A stretch of DNA of 64,000 bases from NCBI GenBank assembly GCA_934130005.1, contig CAKOXD010000001.1, positions 78,897-142,896 on the forward strand, given 5' to 3'. The stretch comes from an uncultured Bacilli bacterium (GTDB lineage Bacteria; Bacillota_I; Bacilli_A; RF39; UBA660). The translations under genes and the position numbers were made by a program. Shown here in pieces: positions 59,758-64,000 of the stretch. A model generated the notes under the pieces. It was given only the letters and a program-made list of their open reading frames with translations. It did not search any database and was not told where the DNA came from. Numbering within the stretch: position 1 is the stretch's first letter; each line of letters opens with the position of its first letter.

Positions 59758-60582
59758 CTAATCAACTTTAATTATTGTATCAAATTCACCTGTACCTGCA
59801 GGAATAATTAGTTTTACAACAACATTTAATTTTCCATCTTCTGAAATAAAATATATTAATGAATTATCATTTACAGAATTTTTATAATTATTTATACTCT
59901 TTGTATTGTATTCCTTTATTTCATCATCACTAAAATTTTTTAATTTTTCTTTCATAGTATTTGTAATTGCTGTTTCAACTTTTGAATCAATATTTGAAGA
60001 ATTAAATCCTAAAGTTTCATAGACTTCTTTATATGATAATTTATTACCTGTTTTTAAATCAATATTATATGCATAGTATTTTGGATGAACAACATCAGTT
60101 GCCCCAATTCCATATGATAAAATAACTGAAGCGTAATTTGATGTAATATATTTTTTATAATTACATGGGTCAACATATGTTAATTTATCTTTTATTCCTT
60201 CATTATATTTATTAATTGCATCATCAAAGACTTTTTTTATTTCATTATTTGCTGATGTAGCATAATCTGATTTAATATTAATATATGGAACTATTATATC
60301 TTTTGCATAATATGTACCAGACTGTGTTTTATATGAGGAAGCATTTACTGTTTTAGTATATTCAGCATCATATATCCACTCTTTATCATTATTAATTTTT
60401 GAAACTGTATTATCAGTTTTAGGAATATCTTCTTTAATAGTATTGCCATTATTATTGTTATTATTGTTTTTATTATTATCTTTTATAAATGATTCATAGA
60501 CAATATATCCTCCCATTAATACTACTAATACTGACAGTAATGTAATTACAATATAAATTTTTCCACTTTTATTATTTTCCAT
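59758..60582 (-). CDS. Membrane-anchored protein, DUF4163/DUF3298-like (RsiV-like fold)
   Basis: N-terminal transmembrane segment, then an N-rich linker. The C-terminal LIYFISEDGKLNVVVKLIIPAGTGEFDTIIKV resembles DUF3298. Confidence 0.45.
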   Translation of the reverse strand: MENNKSGKIYIVITLLSVLVVLMGGYIVYESFIKDNNKNNNNNNNGNTIKEDIPKTDNTVSKINNDKEWIYDAEYTKTVNASSYKTQSGTYYAKDIIVPYINIKSDYATSANNEIKKVFDDAINKYNEGIKDKLTYVDPCNYKKYITSNYASVILSYGIGATDVVHPKYYAYNIDLKTGNKLSYKEVYETLGFNSSNIDSKVETAITNTMKEKLKNFSDDEIKEYNTKSINNYKNSVNDNSLIYFISEDGKLNVVVKLIIPAGTGEFDTIIKVD

Positions 60583-60630
60583 ACATATTCCCCTCGCTAT
60601 TATAATTATAACATAAATTTGATATTTTTT

Positions 60631-61218
60631 TCAAAGTTTTATTTTTTTTACTTTTTCTAAATAACATTTACCACATAATGGAACATATTCTATATTTTTA
60701 TTTTTACCATCTATCTCTATTTCATTTCCATCTAAAGTATATTTGTTATCAACTTTTCTTCCAACAAATCTAGCTATTTCCATACATTTACATAATGTTT
60801 TTAATTCTTCTAGTTCCTCTGCTATTTCAAGTAATCTTTTAGATCCTTCAAATGATTCCATTTTAAAATTTGTTCTAAGACCATAACATATAACTGGAAT
60901 ATCTAACTTTTTTGTAATTAAAAATAATTCATCTACTTGTTTTTTATTTAAAAATTGTGCTTCATCTACAAAGATACAAGCTAAATTATCAGTTATTTTA
61001 TTTTTAATTAGTTCTAATATTGATTCATCGCCTATTAATATATCAACATCTCTTTTTAATCCTATTCTAGAATCAAGTTTATTACTTCCTTTTGTATCAA
61101 TAATAGGTTTCATTACTATTACATCATACCCACATTCCTCATAATTATGGGCTGTTCTTATTAAATCAATACTTTTACCACTATTCATTGATCCATATTT
61201 AAAATGTAACTTTGCCAT
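60631..61218 (-). CDS. tdk: Thymidine kinase
   Basis: P-loop GSMNSGKS and a C-terminal zinc ribbon (CxxC...CGKC) are present. Confidence 0.9.
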   Translation of the reverse strand: MAKLHFKYGSMNSGKSIDLIRTAHNYEECGYDVIVMKPIIDTKGSNKLDSRIGLKRDVDILIGDESILELIKNKITDNLACIFVDEAQFLNKKQVDELFLITKKLDIPVICYGLRTNFKMESFEGSKRLLEIAEELEELKTLCKCMEIARFVGRKVDNKYTLDGNEIEIDGKNKNIEYVPLCGKCYLEKVKKIKL

Positions 61219-61219
61219 T

Positions 61220-61576
61220 TTATACCTCTTTTCTAATCCATCTCATTATAACTTCTACTATATAATCTATCTCTTCTTTAGTTAAATTTTTATTTTTATC
61301 TATATGATGAATTTTCATCAAACATCCTCTACAACATGTTCCAGTAGCATGTTGAGCTATAAATACAGGATGTGAATTTTGTTTCATTGGTGTCTGTCTT
61401 CCGTCATTTAAAATATTTTTAGGAGCTAATCTTTTTTCTATAAAAAAATATGCATCTTCTTTTATCTTATCAAAACCTTTATCTAAAACATATTTTTTCA
61501 TATTATTATTTAAATGAAAAGAACCTCTAAACTTAGTTTTAGATAAGCTATCTAATAAAAAATCTATTTTGTTCAT
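61220..61576 (-). CDS. DUF4186-family protein
   Basis: The conserved HATGTCCRGCLMKIH block is characteristic of DUF4186. Confidence 0.55.
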   Translation of the reverse strand: MNKIDFLLDSLSKTKFRGSFHLNNNMKKYVLDKGFDKIKEDAYFFIEKRLAPKNILNDGRQTPMKQNSHPVFIAQHATGTCCRGCLMKIHHIDKNKNLTKEEIDYIVEVIMRWIRKEV

Positions 61577-61577
61577 A

Positions 61578-62465
61578 TTATTTTTCCCTCGCTCTTGGAT
61601 GAGTTTTTAAGTATACATTTCTTAATCTTTCATTTGTTATATGTGTATATATTTGTGTTGTTGACATACTAGAATGTCCAAGTAATTCTTGTACACTTTT
61701 TAAATCTGCACCATTTTCTAGCATATGTGTAGCAAATGTATGTCTTAATGTATGAGGACTAACATGATAATCAAGTTCACCTTTTTTTAGAATTTTATTA
61801 ATTATTAGTCTAATACCTCTATCAGTTATTTTTTCTCCATTTTTATTTAATACTAAATATTCACTATTTTTATTTAATACTTCTCTACTATTTTTTAAAT
61901 ATAATTCTAATAATTCTTGCAGCGTATTTCCATATAACACATATCTTTCTTTATTTCCTTTTCCTAATATTAAAATTCTTTTTTCATTAAAATTAATATC
62001 TTTCATTTTTATATTTACAAGTTCACTTACCCTTACCCCTGTTGAATATAAAAGTTCTAATATTAATGAATCTCTTAATCCTAGAATATTTTCTTTGTCC
62101 GGAATATTTAATAAAATTTCAAGTTCATCATAGTATAGAAAATTAGGAAGTTTTTTATCTAATTTAGGATTTGATATTAAGAGCATAGGATTATTTTTTA
62201 TAATTTTTTCTTCTTTTAAATATTTATAAAAACTTCTTAATGTACTTATATGTCTAGATATAGTTTTTTTAGAATAATTTTTATCAAACATATATGTTAA
62301 ATATTTTCTTACAAGTTTATAATTCGTTTTTGTTATATCAATATTTTCTTTATTTAAATATTCTTGATATTCTAATAAATCTTTTTCATAATTTTTATAA
62401 GTATTATCAGAATAATTTTTTTCTATCTTTAAATATTTTAAAAATTTTACTATATCTTGTTTCAT
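61578..62465 (-). CDS. xerC: Tyrosine recombinase, XerC/XerD family
   Basis: 295 aa. The C-terminal catalytic region HTLRHTFATHMLENGADLKSVQELLGHSSMSTTQIYTHI contains the R...HxxR...Y residues. Confidence 0.85.
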   Translation of the reverse strand: MKQDIVKFLKYLKIEKNYSDNTYKNYEKDLLEYQEYLNKENIDITKTNYKLVRKYLTYMFDKNYSKKTISRHISTLRSFYKYLKEEKIIKNNPMLLISNPKLDKKLPNFLYYDELEILLNIPDKENILGLRDSLILELLYSTGVRVSELVNIKMKDINFNEKRILILGKGNKERYVLYGNTLQELLELYLKNSREVLNKNSEYLVLNKNGEKITDRGIRLIINKILKKGELDYHVSPHTLRHTFATHMLENGADLKSVQELLGHSSMSTTQIYTHITNERLRNVYLKTHPRAREK

Positions 62466-62467
62466 AA

Positions 62468-64000
62468 TTATTTAACCTTGCCATTTAAATTATTTAAAAC
62501 ATTGATATATTCTTCTAAAGATATATAATTTAATACTTCTTCTTTATTATCAATTATGTAATTCTTTTTTATATATAACTGATACATATATAAAACTTTA
62601 ACTTCTCCATTATCGTTATAAGTTATAGGTTCTTGGTATTCAATTTTTATATTTTCATTTGGAATATCAATTTTTTCACTACAAGCTTCTGTTTTAACTA
62701 AAATCCAAGAATTAAAATCATTAGCTTCATCTATAGTCAAATTATATTTATTTAAGTATTCCTCTAAATTGTCAATTTTTCTTTTTTCAAAGATTTCTTC
62801 TAGTTCACTAATTACTTCTTTTTCCATATCAATTCTAGAATAACTTTCTTCCATATCATCTTCTTTTAAATAGACATTTTGCTTTTTTAGTAAGATTTCA
62901 AATTGATCACAGTTTTCTATATAATTTGAATATTTAACAATATAATCAAATTCAGTACTAGTATTTAATTTATTTTTTTCATTTTGTAAAAAATAATTCA
63001 TTAAAATTAATCTTATTTCTTTTTTACTTTCTTTTGAATATGTTATGTTATTATTTTCACTTTTTAATTCATCATCCATAAGCATTATAAGTCTTATAGC
63101 ATCTTCTTTAGTACCACTAATTTCTTCTAATGCATTTATAAGTGAATTTAAATCTCCATTATCTTCATATTCTTTTATTTTTTCTTCTCCTAATATCATC
63201 ATAAGCATTTCTACATAATTTTTTTGTGTTGCATATGATGGACTAGTATATTTGGCATTTATTCCTTCTAGTACAGAACTTCCTATTTCTATATCATTTT
63301 CATTTTTCATTGTAAAACTAACATATATTATTTTTTCATCTAAGCTTATACTTGCACATTTACTAGCATGTCTAAATTCATGAAAAATTGTATCTTTATT
63401 TTCTTCTAATACTATATTTTTATTAAAAACCATTTTATGATTTATATAATCAAAATAGGCAATAGCAGATGGGTTATCAGAATTATTTTTTATATCTTCA
63501 CTATCTAATTCTTCTATCTTTATATTACTCATATTATAGTAAAATAAAGTTAAATCTTCACCATTATGCTTTTCTATATATTCTTCTATAAATGGTTTAT
63601 ATTTATCACTTATATTTGGATTAATTTCATAAATATAATTTATATCACAATTAACATCTATATAATTTATAAAATCCTCTTTTTTTACTTGTTCATAACA
63701 TAAATTTTCATTTGTTTCTATTATTATGTTATTATATCCATCTCTAGTTAAACTAATATCATGAAGTTTTAAAGCAAATAATGAAACAAATAAAATCTCT
63801 GTACCTAATAAAACAACATATTTAGTATTTTTTTTGTCATAGCAAATTCCTTCAAATTTTGATTCATATATTCTTTTTAATTGAATTAGTTCCTTTAATG
63901 ATACATATTCATATCTTTTACCATTAATTTTTAAGAAATATCTTTTACCGGTCTCATCTGCAAATATTTGATACCATTCATTTTTATATTTTATTTTACT
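62468..64000 (-). CDS. Hypothetical HExxH-motif protein, partial; the N-terminus lies beyond the window end
   Basis: The minus-strand frame is open from 64000 through the 354-aa ORF listed in the track. It contains IFHEFRHAS. Confidence 0.45.
   Translation of the reverse strand, partial: SKIKYKNEWYQIFADETGKRYFLKINGKRYEYVSLKELIQLKRIYESKFEGICYDKKNTKYVVLLGTEILFVSLFALKLHDISLTRDGYNNIIIETNENLCYEQVKKEDFINYIDVNCDINYIYEINPNISDKYKPFIEEYIEKHNGEDLTLFYYNMSNIKIEELDSEDIKNNSDNPSAIAYFDYINHKMVFNKNIVLEENKDTIFHEFRHASKCASISLDEKIIYVSFTMKNENDIEIGSSVLEGINAKYTSPSYATQKNYVEMLMMILGEEKIKEYEDNGDLNSLINALEEISGTKEDAIRLIMLMDDELKSENNNITYSKESKKEIRLILMNYFLQNEKNKLNTSTEFDYIVKYSNYIENCDQFEILLKKQNVYLKEDDMEESYSRIDMEKEVISELEEIFEKRKIDNLEEYLNKYNLTIDEANDFNSWILVKTEACSEKIDIPNENIKIEYQEPITYNDNGEVKVLYMYQLYIKKNYIIDNKEEVLNYISLEEYINVLNNLNGKVK

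Noticed and set aside
61578-62465. The tyrosine recombinase considered as a phage integrase marking a mobile element
   Set aside because: It is 295 aa with the XerC/XerD-type N- and C-terminal layout. Flanking genes are housekeeping (tdk, DUF4186). No phage genes, attachment repeats or adjacent tRNA are present.
1-64000. Possibility that this is a Mollicute using TGA=Trp
   Set aside because: Long genes (dnaK, ppdK, uvrC and others) are intact with the standard code. Sporulation genes (spoIIGA, sigE, spoIIP, yqfCD) point to an endospore-forming Firmicute.
1-64000. CRISPR arrays, rRNA genes, IS elements and transposases
   Set aside because: None found. The only substantial repeats are the 75-bp direct repeats at 48835 and 49891 and the intragenic 96-nt tandem repeats at 55520-55800.

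Overview
This 64 kb window is very AT-rich (roughly a quarter GC by eye) and reads with the standard genetic code. Content points to an endospore-forming, Clostridia-like Firmicute. About 85% of the genes are on the minus strand and form a long run of core loci.

Core genes, in window order:
- yqfD (partial) and yqfC sporulation genes, then uvrC, a YigZ/IMPACT protein and miaB.
- A heat-shock locus hrcA-grpE-dnaK-[pepF]-dnaJ with a CIRCE operator overlapping a consensus sigma-A promoter.
- spoIIGA-sigE, lepA, a type IV pilin gene, yqxA-like, spoIIP, secG and fmt.
- tRNA-Glu(UUC) and tRNA-Asn, then an aspS-gatB-gatA-gatC operon preceded by a T-box leader.
- gltX followed by tRNA-Glu(CUC), a Zn alcohol dehydrogenase, and a TetR regulator divergent from an FtsX-type ABC transporter.
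- tRNA-Met, lepB, rplS, trmD, rimM, a TrmH-family methyltransferase, a second type IV pilin, two M16 peptidases, deoD, miaA, queA, ruvB, ruvA and cysS.
- A plus-strand cluster of four tRNAs: Ile2/Met(CAU), Leu(UAG), Gln(CUG) and Thr(CGU).
- Further downstream: ppdK, tdk, a XerC/D-type recombinase and a partial HExxH protein running off the window end.

Accessory features and what to look at first:
1. A poly-C(9) tract (G9 in the gene's sense) sits inside the leader of a type IV prepilin gene. It puts the ATG and signal peptide out of frame with the mature pilin, so this is either a phase-variation switch or a homopolymer sequencing error.
2. A ~1.06 kb segment sits directly after the tRNA cluster and is bounded by 75-bp direct repeats. 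It carries a UDG-superfamily gene and is followed by an ATP-grasp gene, two flavoprotein genes and dCMP deaminase.
3. A two-gene surface-protein operon has tandem consensus promoters, a G7 ribosome-binding site and three tandem ~96-nt repeats encoding a WSEWSTNEVK motif.
4. GrpE carries a cysteine-rich N-terminal extension.
5. A T-box leader precedes gatCAB-aspS, with tRNA-Asn and tRNA-Glu immediately downstream.

No CRISPR array, transposase or rRNA gene was seen.
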